The translations under genes and the position numbers were made by a program. Under the pieces are notes generated by a model. It did no database searches. It was not told the origin of the DNA and saw nothing but the letters and a program-made list of their open reading frames with translations. A stretch of DNA of 63,591 nt, filler included, from Cercozoa sp. M6MM (Eukaryota; Protista; Endomyxa: Ascetosporea): NCBI GenBank assembly GCA_040357565.1. It is 8 parts of 8 records of this genome, joined end to end, with 100 filler letters (N's around TTAATTAATTAA, not from the genome) between each part and the next. Parts side by side here need not be neighbours in the genome. Positions count along the whole stretch, not along the records: positions 45,254 to 55,734 come from JBDODJ010000439.1; positions 55,835 to 60,967 come from JBDODJ010000971.1; positions 61,068 to 63,591 come from JBDODJ010001749.1; 5 more parts are not named here. One strand, 5' to 3'. Positions 48,702 to 61,888 of the stretch are shown piece by piece. Every line of letters starts with the position of its first letter. Position 1 is the stretch's first letter.

Positions 48702-50397
48702 TTAGAAAAAGCCAAGATCAACAAGAGATTCGTTTTTGTTGCCTTTTTTGCCCTTCTTGCCCTTTTTGCCTACGAAGAGCACGGCGTTGCTTTATCAAAA
48801 CAAGCAAGCGGTGGAAAAGCGAAGGATACCCTTCTTGCCCTTGCCTTTGTTCTTCTTGAGACCTGTGAGAGATTAGCACATACAACACAAGTACAACACA
48901 AGTAGATATAGAGTGAGATTATACCGCCCATGAGTGCCAGGTCTTCCTCCGGATTCTCCTCCTTGACTTGCACTTGAAACTACTCAGAGAGCCAATAGGT
49001 CAAAACAACGATATCACAGGTAGGAGAGTACCACTTCCTCCACTTCAGGCTCTGGCTCAGGTTCCGGCTCCAATTGCTGCTCAAGCTCTTGTGTCTCTTC
49101 GATCAGCTGATCCTCGTCTGCACAGACACATCAGGATTAACATACTCGCCAGGAACACTCAGTGTACCTTGCTTCACGTCATCGTCAGCATCGACTGCGA
49201 GCACACAAGAAGGGAGTACACGAAAGGTAGAATCTACAGGTAGTGTGTGAACGAAACAACTCACGCTGCCGTTCTTCCTCGAACTCGTCGTCGCTGTAGT
49301 CGTGACCACGTCTCTGCAGACGAGATATACTACCGCAAAGAGTATGAAGGTAGAGGGCAAAATGAGCTACCTTGTCGAACGTCGGATGCAGTGCGACCTT
49401 ACGTCTCTCGTCTTGCGCACGTGCCAGGTAGGCATCTTGGAAGGCCTAAAGCAATAGAAAAGTAAGGTGGACTCACAAGATACAGTTGTCTTCATACCTT
49501 GACTTCGTCACTGTCAGCACACTCGCTGTAGCCATCGAGTAGTTCCCTAAGTGTCACATAATGTCAGAAGCATAGCCGAGGTAGTACAAGACCGAAATCA
49601 GGCTACTGGTTGATCTGAATGAAGCCATGGCCCCATTTGAACTTGCCGAGCAAGTCTACGGCCTCGTCCCAGTAGCCAGCAATCATTAGTGTGCCAGCAA
49701 TGGCCTCGGCACAGTTGAGCTTCCACGGCTTGCCGTAGTTCACCGGATTCGCCGCGTACCTGTGTGCACAGTGAGGTATGCATACCCCCCTCCGATAGAA
49801 AACACAATACAGGTAGGGCAGCAGACGGTCACCGCCCGACGTGCTGCGCACCTTCTGCCACGGCACGGCATCCAGCTCGGCCCAGGAACAGTCGATCACA
49901 GCGAGTCCTTTCTCGCCCACTACCAAAGTGCAAGCACTACAAGGACCAGAGCAAAGGGCGACAGGGTGGCTGCAGGGAGTACCCAACTCGCGATCGGCAG
50001 GACTGACAAACGAGCGTCCTTTGGGCGACAAAACCACGCCGCCAACCTTCTGTCCGAGACGTAGCTCCTTCAAAACGCCCAAACGCGCCAGTTTGCGGCC
50101 ACTGCAGCGCTTCGGATCACATTGCGCCAGGTCCTACATTATCTTGTATTTTCCTGACCGATCTATCTATCGAGGATAAAGCAGGGGTACCCACATGGCC
50201 AATCGGATCGGAAAATCCGGCTGCTCAGTCCACTTGCCTTCTGCACGGCGACGGTTGCGGTCAAACGATTTGTCGCCATAGCCTGGGAAAATACAACAAA
50301 TGCTGACTCTGCGCATCAAGATCGGCGAAAACGCACCCTCAGAATGACGAAGATCGCCACTGTGGCGACTCTTGCCGCTGCCCTTGCCCTTGCCCAT
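48702..50397 (-). CDS. TSR3: 18S rRNA aminocarboxypropyltransferase
   Basis: [71 protein letters not shown]. Confidence 0.95.
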
Positions 50398-50550
50398 TGC
50401 TGCACTTACTCGCTGCTCTAATAAATGCAGGAAAAAGTCAGAAGTGCCCCGATGCCGATCCCGTTATTCTTGTTCCGGCTCGCCGTTTGGGCTCGGCCAA
50501 ACTACCTGCTGCTTCGTGTGCTTTGACAAGGTGCACAGGCACTTGAGCAG

Positions 50551-52717
50551 ATGCCATCTCTTTCAGTGTTTGGCACTGCTATTGCAGCAACTTCTAAAGG
50601 CCTAGTGGTATCAGCCCAAATAACATGATTGCGATTGATATAATGTGCTTGTTGTTTCTGCGAACACAGTCGGCGAATCTGCTGTGGCAGCTGCCGATGT
50701 TTAACGTCGTACGACGGCGCTTGGGTCTTATGCAGCGACTTCGAAACCTGCTTTGGTTCCCGTAAGAGTGCCTGTCTGGACACTGCTGTATAATTTGGTA
50801 CCAACGAAATCGCTTTGTAGAACGGAACTTTCAACGATTGACGAGGCCGGCAAACGTCGCGTTGTTGCTGTTACAGGCTGCGACTTTGGTGCCGGACGGA
50901 GTCTCGCACTTCAGCTCGACGAGTCAGGCTGTCATGTCATCGCTGGCTGTCGGTGAATTCATCTTATTGATAATTCGTTTTTCTCGCGTTTCTTTTGAAG
51001 TTGGTCCAAAATCAGATCTCAAACAGAAGCTGAGAAATTGCACCGAGAGTTACAGAACTCGAAAGCTGTTCATTTGGTATTTTGGTTTGCTTCGTTCTGA
51101 GGACACTTATCTGGTTTGTTCGCAGGACATTTGCGAGTCGGAAAGTGTGCGAGAATTCGCAGACACCATCAAGGATGTAAAATCTGCTATTGTATGCACT
51201 GAAACACTGTTATAGGATGCACTTAAACAGGCATGCGAGGGACAAGCCAACCTCTGGGCTCTCGTAAACAATGCAGGCAGTGTAAGTTCTTAATTATTCG
51301 TGTTGCATATCCTTAGTTCTCAATATGACCGCTTCCCCCCATTTTCTAGGTACCTCCGACAAAGTCGTTCGATGAATTTGCTCCAGAAGATGTAAGACCT
51401 TTACTTCAAGTATTTATTTTGTCGTGTACTTGTGTTTTATGTGTCAATTTAGTTACTGGAAACCATCAATGTCAACTGTGCTGGACACATTGTAAATTTA
51501 GCTTTTTTTCTGTTGCTATCTTGTTGAGCGAAAGATGGGGCTCACAGCAAGTAGTTTCAAAGTGTCGGCATCAGTTGAGAGAAGGAGGACGCGTTCTGGT
51601 AACTTAAACTGTGTCATTGTTTTTGTGTGGTTGATTGACTGTTTTTCTCAGCTTCTGGGTTGCATGAGTGTGCATCAACCGTTGCCGAGTTTCGCACCGC
51701 ACACCTATGTTGCCTGTGATTTTAAATTTACTGCCAGCCTTGATTCTTCAGTTTTGTCGTTTGATTTGATCTATCGTTGCAGCCAAGAGTGCGCTGTCTG
51801 CGTACGCTACCATACTTCGAAGGTGTGATTGATTGCTTGTGTCCTCGTACATTTTCGTCTTATGCTGCTTTCGCTTTCCTTGTTTAGAGAAATGAGGAAG
51901 GACGAAGTCTACGTTTCGCTCGTCGAACCAGGGTAACCTACAATATGACCATTTATGTGTCTAGTTTACTGTACTGGCTTTGCTCAGATTTCATCGTGGC
52001 ACGCACTTTGTCGACGAGTTCTTCACAGAGTAGCGTTCCTTCTTGACTTCAGATGCACCGAGAATAAAAGAGTCCTTTTGACAGGAAACAAGGCGAAAAG
52101 GAAGTCACCGAAAGTGCAAATCATCCTTCTGAAGGTGCTATGTGTCATTTGTGCTTTCTTGCCTCGTAGATTTAGTACTTTTGCCTTTGTCTCGTTGTGT
52201 ATGCAGTGAAACGAATCGATGTGGAACGACTCAGTCGCGATGCTGTGGCACAATTCGCCGAAAAATCGCTCGATCATCTAGTTCGTTCCTCTCTTTTTGT
52301 GGCTGTTGTTTGGTGCTTTCGGTACTCCAAACGATGTACCTGTTATGCAGGTCAACTACCTTGAACACATCGTGCTGGTGCCCGAGCCGCGTGCCACCTA
52401 CAGTATCACTGCCTCTGTTGAGTTAAATACTTTTATTGTGTGCACTGTGCAGGGATAGGCAAGGACGCCAAGATGGCGGCCGTTATGTCGCTACTTCCCA
52501 CCGGCATGGGCGATACTGTCTTCATTATTCTCGTACCAGCAAATCACCTCGCATCATGACGAATGATGCCCAAACACCTTCTTCTTCTGCTGTTTTGAAA
52601 CTACAGGCCAAAGTCCAACGTGGCATTGACTTTGTGGCGCTCTGTTCCAGCAGAATGCGGTACTGGAACCGCCGCGCGCGGCAATTGTTGCTGAGACAGT
52701 CGCCTGGGCCTGAGTGA
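50551..52717 (+). CDS. Short-chain dehydrogenase (RDH/BDH1-like), many small exons
   Basis: VTGCDFGAG, LWALVNNAG, YVA|SK catalytic motif split by an intron, SLVEPG; exons traced in frame to TGA. Confidence 0.82.
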
Positions 52718-52917
52718 CGCGACGTATCGCGTCGTATCGGATCGTCCTCGCCTGCTAACCTGAAGATTATTTTTGTTTGATTTAACTGAACAGTGATTTA
52801 AAAGTTGAGTTTTAACCTCGTACTCGCTCCAACTGAGGTGGTCCGCGCGGAACAGACGAATGCGGATTGATATGTGCTACGCAAACTAACCTTGCGCTTG
52901 CCAAATGGAGCACTACG

Positions 52918-54519
52918 ATGTCCTACAGAGAGCTGAAAGGTAGATGGTTTTGATTCGGTTTGACCGCAGCCCAAATATGCGACTGAGTACTGGTTCATTT
53001 TTCGGCTTCCTTGAGCAGAGTTCGCAGAGCTGACGCAGACGCTGGGTTTCCCGGAAAGGATCGGCGTAAATTCCTTCCGCAAGCCGAACTTTGCGCTGGT
53101 GGCAAAGTTGCTGCAGTGGATAGCGGAACGACTGGCGCCGGATCATTCGACGGGCGGTGCTGAACCTCGAATTCGCACACTCACCGAGCGAGTTCGCTTC
53201 CTCAACGGTGTCCTCGATGCTATAGGAGTAAATTCGCTTTCTTCACTCGTGAAACAACCTTTCAAAATTCGGTAAACTGTAGATGCCATTGGATGCGACA
53301 CAACTGTATCACGCCGACGGACGAGCTGTTCGACAGCTCTTGGTGCCATTGCGTGTCTTGTACCAAGCACACCTGCAAAACTGCGCCCAACCACTTTCGG
53401 GTGAGGAGCTGCAGGAAGCCGACAGTGGCACGCTTGGCGAAGCTCTCCAAGAACAGGTAGAAAAACTCCGACAGAGTGCTTCCGCCAATGCAGCTCGTTC
53501 GTTGCTTCGTTTGGGCGAAGAGTTGGACTCGTTGCTTCTGGCCGAGCGCAGTCAACTGCCGCAGCGTCGAGCAGCCGCGCGCTTTGCCGAGTCACTGGGC
53601 GGCCTCGATCACGATGCGAAGCGCGCGCACGACGAGGTGACGAAAGCTCTGCAACGTCAACAAGAAACTTGGTTGCAAGAACGCACGCAGACGGAGCAGC
53701 AGCTTGAAGCAGCGAAATCAAAGGAGTCAGCACTTCGTGCGCGCGTCCAGCGCAAAGAGGAAGAGCTTGCGCGGGCACACCGTCGCCTTCAAAGTTTGAA
53801 GACAGTGAAGTACACTCTGCTCTACCGTCTCATACTTGTGCTGTACCTCATCATGTGTCCACAGGCCTGCCTTTGCGGCCGAACACGAGCAACTCGAGGC
53901 GCAGCTGGTCAAACTGTACGCCGAGTACATCGAGAGAGTGCGAAACACGCGCTACCTGGATGACGTGCGAGAGACGGCGCTGCGAAAGCGACAACAGCGC
54001 GACGCAAAGGTTCGTGCAGCGCTGCTGGAAGTGCGCGAGGCACTCAAGTCGGAAGAACTGCGCGACATGGACATGGACAGAAACGACCAGGGCGATGAGG
54101 ATTCGGACCTGCTGCCGCCGGAAGAGTTTGACGCCACCGACCAGGCTTACACCGATACGACGCGAACGGCGGGCACTGAGTCATCCGAGCGACCTCTGCG
54201 ACCGCGCGCACTACGTCGACAAGGTTTGTTGTATCTCAATTCTCGTACCGTCGAAGCTAAAGCTGCGTGGATCATATCAGACTCTGCCGTGACACATTCG
54301 TCGAGTGAACACGCGCCCGACGCAGACGCCGAGGTGATGATGCGCATCGCAACACCTTCTGCACGCTTAGAATCACCTCAGCATGGCGAAGTCGAGCACA
54401 GCCTGCCAAACGAGGCGATTTCGAGCGGTCGAGCGACTGGTGGGGAGCCAAAGCCAATGACCCCGAGCACGAGTAGTGACGATGACGAATCCTTCGACAG
54501 CGAGGATGCGAGCTTTTAA
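52918..54519 (+). CDS. CLUAP1: Clusterin-associated protein 1 / IFT38
   Basis: MSYRELK|EFAELTQTLGFPERIGVNSFRKPNFALVAKLLQW, LYHADGRAVRQLL, RRLQSLKTV|RPAF..E..LE.QL..LY. Confidence 0.93.
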
Positions 54520-55361
54520 ATTCGCTTGGACTTTTAAAGCCATCGCGTAATCTCCAGGAATCAACCTAGTAGTAGCACAAACTGGGAGCATGTAATCTGA
54601 GCGCAAACGCAGAGATTTCACACATTCTTGCGGTGGCTACAAGCAGCGCGGCTCGACAAGCGTTCCACCGAGGCAGATTAGAGGTTTGGTGTCGGTTTAC
54701 GAGTTGTAGATGTATCTAGCACTTGCTAGTTGCTCTCTGTGACGTTGTTGACTCGCCGTATTTTGCTGGCCCAAGAATTGTTGATAAATCCCAAGAAGTC
54801 GTCGTGGCGTCAGCTGTCGCTGTGGAACCTGCAAAATCAAAGCCGTCCTGCAGCGATAAATTAATCAAAACGTGGCACACAGGGCCCAGGACACCCGAGG
54901 CAGAGATTTCTGTTTTTCTCTGCAGACGCCGCCATCCGTCAGCTCGTGCAAGACCAGCCACTCGTCGACACGCGCGGCAAGTTCAAGCTGCCTCACCTGC
55001 AGACCGTTTAGTCGCTTCAGCTCAACACTTCACGTTCTATCTGCTGCTGTCGGCGGTCTCGTTGCAGAGCACGCAGCCACACTCGCGCTGCGTCGCGGTA
55101 CGTACGCCCAACAGCAACGCATGCACCAGTGACGTACACACAACTTGAACTCTCTACTGGAGAAGCACTGGTGCCTTTGAATTGAACTGAACTCGCACCG
55201 ACTTGGGTTGTTTGTTTCCTTTGTTCGTAGGCGATGGTAGCTGACGTGAATCGAACGCCGTATCTGATACGTTAAAGCTACGATCGCGTCAGACTCTACC
55301 TCCGTTCAGTTAGCAGTAGTCCGCAGACGCAAGGCCGTCTCTCCATGTGTCTCGTGTCGTC

Positions 55362-55734
55362 TCAGGAGGTCCCCCGCTGTCGACGTGACGACGACGCCAG
55401 TGTCTCCAGGTACGCCTAAGCACAGACACAGCCTCATACGTCTCGGGTAGGTAGAGGAAAATAGAATCCTGGCTACCACAATCATATCGAACGACGGTCT
55501 CTTGTGCGGCTCCTGATGCCAGCAGCTCTTGATCAGCTTGGCCCTGTATTAATCAAACATGAGGGGGGGGGGTAGTGGAAGCAAAGCCCTCGTGTGTGTA
55601 CCACGGATGCGGAATTTTAGCGGCATCGATCTGCGGTCGCAGGCCTCTGTCAAGCATCAGAAAATAGGAGGGTGTAACGGGGGGTAGGGGGCAACAGTAC
55701 CGAGTGACAACGGCGAGCGACACTTGGACGCCGT
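55362..55734 (-). CDS. 3' end of a protein kinase (TKL-like subdomains X-XI)
   Basis: VVTR|GLRPQI..PHPW|AKLIKSCWHQEPHKRPSFDMIV|AYLE. Confidence 0.8.
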
Positions 55735-55834
55735 NNNNNNNNNNNNNNNNNNNNNNNNNNNNNNNNNNNNNNNNNNNNTTAATTAATTAANNNNNNNNNN
55801 NNNNNNNNNNNNNNNNNNNNNNNNNNNNNNNNNN

Positions 55835-56292
55835 AGTTAAAGTCGACTTGAGAGTGTTCCTGTGCATGTAACTTAGAACCATGCAAACCGCAACAGAACG
55901 TCGTCAGACCGGGTTGCTACCCGGGATCCTGCTGTCGACACCGAGAACATCGAGAACACCACCAACATCACCAACAACAACAACAACATTGTCCAGATCT
56001 CTGCCCAAGAGGTATCTAAGTTTTAATTCGTTCTCAATATTTTGCTGCCAGTAAATTTTACTGTACCCGGGGGAACAATATCGTTGGCTTACTTGTTTTG
56101 CCTGGGCAGAATACTGAACACCAACTGCAAGTCGACTGGAGCAACGTCGAGAACGATGCGAACTTTGCCAACCAGCGACGTCCAACAGCGAGAGAACTGC
56201 GCCGCGATCGTGACACCGCCGAGCGAATCCGCATCTACCTCAAGGTGGTGCGAGAACAGCTCAGTCAACTCGCCGTCGTCTTTGGCATCTAG
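55835..56292 (+). CDS. 3' exons of a hypothetical protein
   Basis: Two GC3-rich exons joined by a GT-AG intron (about 56012-56109), ending ..LAVVFGI*. Confidence 0.5.
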
Positions 56293-57249
56293 TCTCGCCG
56301 TCGTCTTCCGGCCGGAGCACAGTCTCCTCCACTGACCCCCTGATCCTTCCACCCTCCTCCCCGACTGTATTCCAACCCGTCGCCCCAGTCCACCAACTGA
56401 AGTTATGTAATTCCACTAACTGCTAGTGATAAAACTGAATCACAAATATAAGTCACTGCCCAGTTTGCTTCTTATAAGTTTACTGCCATCGCGTGTTTTC
56501 TAACGTAAACTTAAACTTAAATTACAATTTTACTGAGGCGAGGGTCAACGAGTTCAGTTGCGTCGTGGAATCGGATTATATTTATAACTTACGTTAAGTT
56601 TACCGTCAGCTAGTTTGCTTCTGATCATCGAACGACCGATGCAGTAAACTTAGCTTACAGTAGGTATGGACGCGAGGGATGAAATTGAAGATCTGAGGCT
56701 TGTGGCCCACCCCAGCCAGACTGGTGCAGGGGAACTACATCATTGGTTTCCTAGAAGACTCAACTAACTGAAGATGTTACCGCAGCCCTCTCAGATAGGG
56801 AACAGGCCTTGGTAAATTGAGGAGGTACTTTGCCAGTGATACAAAAAAAAAACTAAGGAACGTAAGAAAGTCTGTTCTTGGAGGAAGAGTGGCCAAGTGT
56901 CAGTTGGAAAGAGTGAGTTACCCAACGGTTCAGTTGGGCGGCAAAGCACTGGTGGACGGGAAAGTCACCCGTCAGATATTTTATTCGATTGAGTTGGCGA
57001 GGAATGAAGAAAGAAGGGCCTCTGGAAAGGCAGAGGATATTCCAGCGAACACACCGCACGACACGTCAAAATCTTCCACACCTCTCTTGAGGATTTTTGT
57101 AAGTAGAAGGGTTGCTTCCGCGCACGGATACAGTAGTTCGGTTCATGCTGTATCAGAAGCGTGGCTAATGAACGAAGAATAACGCGAAAGTCCTGAGCAA
57201 TCAGACGCCAGTGCAACTGAACTAACAAACAGGGGTTAGTGCTCGTACG

Positions 57250-60200
57250 GTAGGGCACCCTATCAGCGCGGAGCCGTTTTTCGCAGCGCAGCAGCAGCAT
57301 CGCGTCGCTGTCGCTTGGTCTTCTTGCGAGGGGTGACTTTCGCTCCCGCTGCAGAAACGACAGTGAAACACCTGAGACCAGTTGCGAGCTTACATACCAG
57401 AAGAACCATCAGCGTCGGTCTTTTTGACCCACTCGCCAGCCGGTACCTATGACAACAAGTTGGACTATTTGTGGCATCAACCCAACTAAAAATGAACGCA
57501 CAATGACCGCATGGGAGTTAATTTGCTCGCCATCGTAGATCGAGTCGAGCACTCGCACGAGACCTTGTGCCTCGGTTCGTCGCAGCAGCGATACCATCTC
57601 CTTGTCGGTGATCTTGACTCGAATCTGCACGCACACTCAGCGTTTTTTGTTTTTAAGCAAAGCACCCCTTGCGAATGGAGATACCGAACGGGACAACACA
57701 GCAAACTCTTCGCCAAGCTCTTCGAGCACTGCTTGTTTCGCGCGTGTCGTGCATTTGGCAACAAGCTGCAACAACACGAGATATTACCGATCCGAACACA
57801 GGGAGGAACACAACACACCGAGCTTCGCAGGTGACGATATTTCGGGTGTTCAGGTTTAAAGCCGTCGCGCCGTCTACGTCCAAATCCATCACGCAGTGCG
57901 CACTTTTCTGCCAGCACGGCGTGTTTCACACGCTGCACGACGGCATCAATCAGCTTCTCGCGCTGCTTCTGCTGTTCCCTGCAAAAAACGAAAAAGTCTT
58001 GCGCCGACTTTGAGAAAAGATTAAGATCTCACTTGTGCGACTCGCTCAATTCTTCGAGAACGCGCGAGCGCTTGTCCAGTCGTGCCTTTCGCTGTCTCGA
58101 CGTCGGTCTACACTCGGCAGATACGGTGCTGTGCTTGAACGCAGAAAACCGCAATCAATTTACTCTCTGTTCGCAATCAGTTTTTGCACGATTGCAACTG
58201 AGTCATGCGCGTTCCAGTTGCTCGAACCGCACCTGCAAACAGACACAAAATAAAATAAACCGAAAAGAAAGCTGTCTAAACGTGAAATACAGGTCAAAAA
58301 AGTAGATCAGTCGCGGAGTGGCAACTGAACAGCAGGGACATAACACTTGACTGCAGCTGATGAATAGAGACAATATACCGGCAAAGTAGTGTCCACTGGC
58401 AGCAATGCACATAACCGTGTCCTTATGTCGTTCAGCTGTCGGAAAAATATACAGAAAAATGCCAAGATTTGTTAGAAATTTATACGTTCAAGGTGGCTGT
58501 CGATTTGTGCTTCTTGCAGTTCCTGTTTTCACAGAGACAAATAAAAGGCACCTGTAGGCAGGTTGAAACAGGAGCGTAAAGTACATGCTCAATTTGCATA
58601 AGCTGCGACAGAAATGCACCACGCCGAAACACGGCAGGGCGCACAGGACATTGGGATTTCTCAATTCTGGTCAAAACAAGGAAAGATGATTCGCGCGGAC
58701 GCAACATGCAAATAACCTACTCAAAACGCTGCTGCAAATCGCTTTCCAACGGAATGCTGTCCGGTGCTGTCGTTTTGCGCTTGAAAAAGCGGTCGTATTC
58801 ACGATGATCGTCTCGCTTAATCTGTTAAAAGGAGAGTCTTATTGAGAAAAAGCAAATGGTAAAGCTGCTACCAAAAACTCATGCTCAATGTCGATGGCAC
58901 GGAACTTAAGCAGAGGCGGCACAAAAATGTACTCGCTGCGAGTTTCAACAGTATGCCTGCAAAAAGGCACACAAGGCATGGGATGTGAGGAGTAAAATAA
59001 TCAAGAAGGTTCTCATTACGAGATAAAGTCACAGTGATCGCCAGTGCAGTTTTCGAAAGAAGCAACTTGAGCTTTGTTGACTACGTAAAACCACAGCACA
59101 TTCACAAACGAACTATGATGACAGGAACTCACTTGCTGAAACATGAGACAGAGTGGCTACAATCGGTCCTTTCCCGGTTTCCTGCAAGAATCACTAGATG
59201 TAAGTTTTACAGAAAAGAAACTACCCTCTGTACCCATTGTCGTCGGTGCACAAGCTTTCCGTGACGTAGCCTCAACTCTTCACTCGCGCGCAGCACTTGA
59301 TCGACCTTTCGCCAGGCCTTTCCGAGAACAGTGAGTTGAAAGACACAAAAACACGAGAGAGAGCGAAGATACTCCACGAAGAATGCAAAGTCCAGGTCGG
59401 ATGCTACCCACAAGACGACACAGTTTTCTTTTGAAACAAATTAATAATATATCAGTGAGCGTACGCTGCAAGAAGCGTTGATTCCGAATCAGTTAGAACC
59501 GCGCGGATGAGAATTCGAAGCGATCGAGCAGTTTCAATCACTCGTAGAACCTAAGCCACACTCGAAGAAATGAGAACATCCCAAACAAACCACATTGTTC
59601 AATTAGCCAAGTAGACTGCAGATACCACAATCGGCCGTTTTTTCCACTGAACAAAGATGGTGTGTTCGTGCTCATTGACATGTTCGGTCTTGCTGTGCGT
59701 CTGCGTGATGGCAAGGTGCGTCACAGCGCCAGGTCGCTTGTTGGTGTGAAGCGACCTGATCACATCGCCCAGGTTTAGAGTGACAGGCGTGTTGCAGCCA
59801 TTCATGAGATCGCGGATGCTCTGCAACTTGAGGATCCCGGTCGTTCCTGCGTACAAGCTAAAGGCAGCACGAGGGCATAAGAGGAGAAATGGTACCGATC
59901 ACGGCACGTAAATGACGGTTCGAAGCTCGCAACACGTTCTGCGTCGAGTTGACCGAGAGCATAGTGAGTGGTGCTTGCTGACTGCAGACGAATTCGTGTC
60001 GCTCGCGGTCAAAAACGTTGCGGCAAGTGCGCGTGCTGCTCTGGATCCAGACTTCGAGCTGCGAGATGTCCGCGTTCTTCGCGCTGCCGTTGTACTCGAT
60101 CCAGTACCTTGTGTACGGTGATCCTACAGGAAAGGAGGTTCTACGAGCTCACGCGAAGGGACTCAAATGTCTTCTACCCGCGTAGCGAACTTGGAAGGCT

Positions 60201-60950
60201 TCATCGGGTCGGTCGAGGTGAAATACAACAAAGCCGTTGTCCTTGTGAGGAACACAGATGTGTCGCGACCTCCAGTCGACCTACCGAATAGTTTAGCCAA
60301 CGCAATAAAACAAGCAATCTCAACAGGGCGTACCTGCAAGGCAAAGTCGTGCCGCATCGGAACCATGTCGCGTGTGATGCATCTAAACAGAAAGAAAGAA
60401 GTAAGGTAGGTAGAAGAACCACAGCACAGGGAAGTCAGAATGATACCTTGCAATGCGTGCCACACCATCCGACTGTGTAGTGTCCCAGGAGATCAAGACA
60501 AGAACGCCGTCCGACAGACGGAGCAAGGCCTCTCGTGTCACTGGGTTGAGCGACATATTGCGCACCTTGTGCTGCGACAGGTCCACGTGGACACTGCCGT
60601 CATCCTGCACGTGCTCGCAGTTGTGATCAAACACAGCAGTCAGCGGCAGTGACAACATGTCCTTTGTGTCCTGAGGAAGGGCAGACACAAGAGTCAAACA
60701 ATGCCAAACATTCGACAAGCAAGAGACTAGACTAGGAAAGTACATGGAGAACATGAGTCGCAGCAACGGCCGCACTGAGGGAATCCTCATACACTGCCAC
60801 CTGCAACAACAACACACTGCAGGCAGGAAGGCTACAGTACCAAAACAGAAGCATACCTTCTGCTTGGCCTCCGAGCGTCGAATGCGCGGAAAGCGCGACG
60901 ACAGCACTGCGAGTGATTCGCCTAATGACAAGGAGCAGAGTAATTGACAT
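57250..60950 (-). CDS. Large multi-exon hypothetical protein (beta-rich N-part, helical C-part), probably 5'-truncated
   Basis: Successive in-frame GT-AG exons (GESLAVLS.., DTKDMLSL.., VDWRSRHICV.., IRVKITDKEMVSLL..). The family is not recognised and both ends are approximate. Confidence 0.6.
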
Positions 60951-61154
60951 GTAAGTTAAGGGGGGGGNNNNNNNNNNNNNNNNNNNNNNNNNNNNNNNNN
61001 NNNNNNNNNNNTTAATTAATTAANNNNNNNNNNNNNNNNNNNNNNNNNNNNNNNNNNNNNNNNNNNNTCTTCGTCCTCGTCCTCGATCTTGGGAGCCAGG
61101 AAGAAGCGCAGGTATTGGGCCGGCCTGGCGCTTTACCCATCCCCCGATGAGTAG

Positions 61155-61256
61155 AACGCGCCCCTCGTGGTCGAGTACCAGATGGAGGAGGAGCGCGGCT
61201 ACCTGCGCTTCTTCCTGGCTCCCAAGATCGAGGACGAGGACGAAGACGACGAGTAG
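61155..61256 (+). CDS. PCNA: Last exon of proliferating cell nuclear antigen
   Basis: NAPLVVEYQMEEERGYLRFFLAPKIEDEDEDDE*. Confidence 0.9.
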   Translation, partial: NAPLVVEYQMEEERGYLRFFLAPKIEDEDEDDE

Positions 61257-61888
61257 TGTTTCGGAGTATCTCTGGGTTTACTGCAACTGGCTGTCCGGCT
61301 GCCTAGGCCAGGCTGGCCCCAGATCTCCATTCCGTTCCAATCGGTCCCAAAAATTACGTACCGCTTAAGAAATTGGGTGTACAAACGCTACGGTACTCTG
61401 CTGTACGTGTTACCGCACCGGCCCAGATGACGCCGCGGGTACTTTTTGGGGTGTGTACACGGTACGGTGCGCCAAGTTGGTTTCTGAGCATGTTGAACAA
61501 ACCGACCCGGCGGTGCCCTGGCGCTGCGAGTCTACTGTGATTGTACTGCCAGTGTGCGGTACCTGGGTGCGCCCAGCCTGTCAATGCCCAAGCTGTCGGT
61601 TTACGTTTTTAGCGATCGAAACTAACTGTCTCCTGCAGGCAGGTATCCATTGCAACGTAGGTTGGGGGTCCCACTCGCACGTGCGATCAAGTGAGCGATC
61701 GCGGATTCTGGGATGACTGTGCGCCACATAGCAAGTAGTTGTGCACCCCCTTGTAGTTGTTTGCAAGTAGTCTGGTCGATAGTATCAGCGCGGGCGTGTT
61801 GCGCATTAAGCTCACATTTGCAGAAACGGGCGACCATTACAGGGTCTGACTTGGTCTGTGTGACTGCTGTATGAGCTAAGGTACATCG

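Noticed and set aside
54700-55150. Coding-like stretch between CLUAP1 and the kinase
   Set aside because: Both strands give plausible fragments; no consistent gene model or motif could be built.
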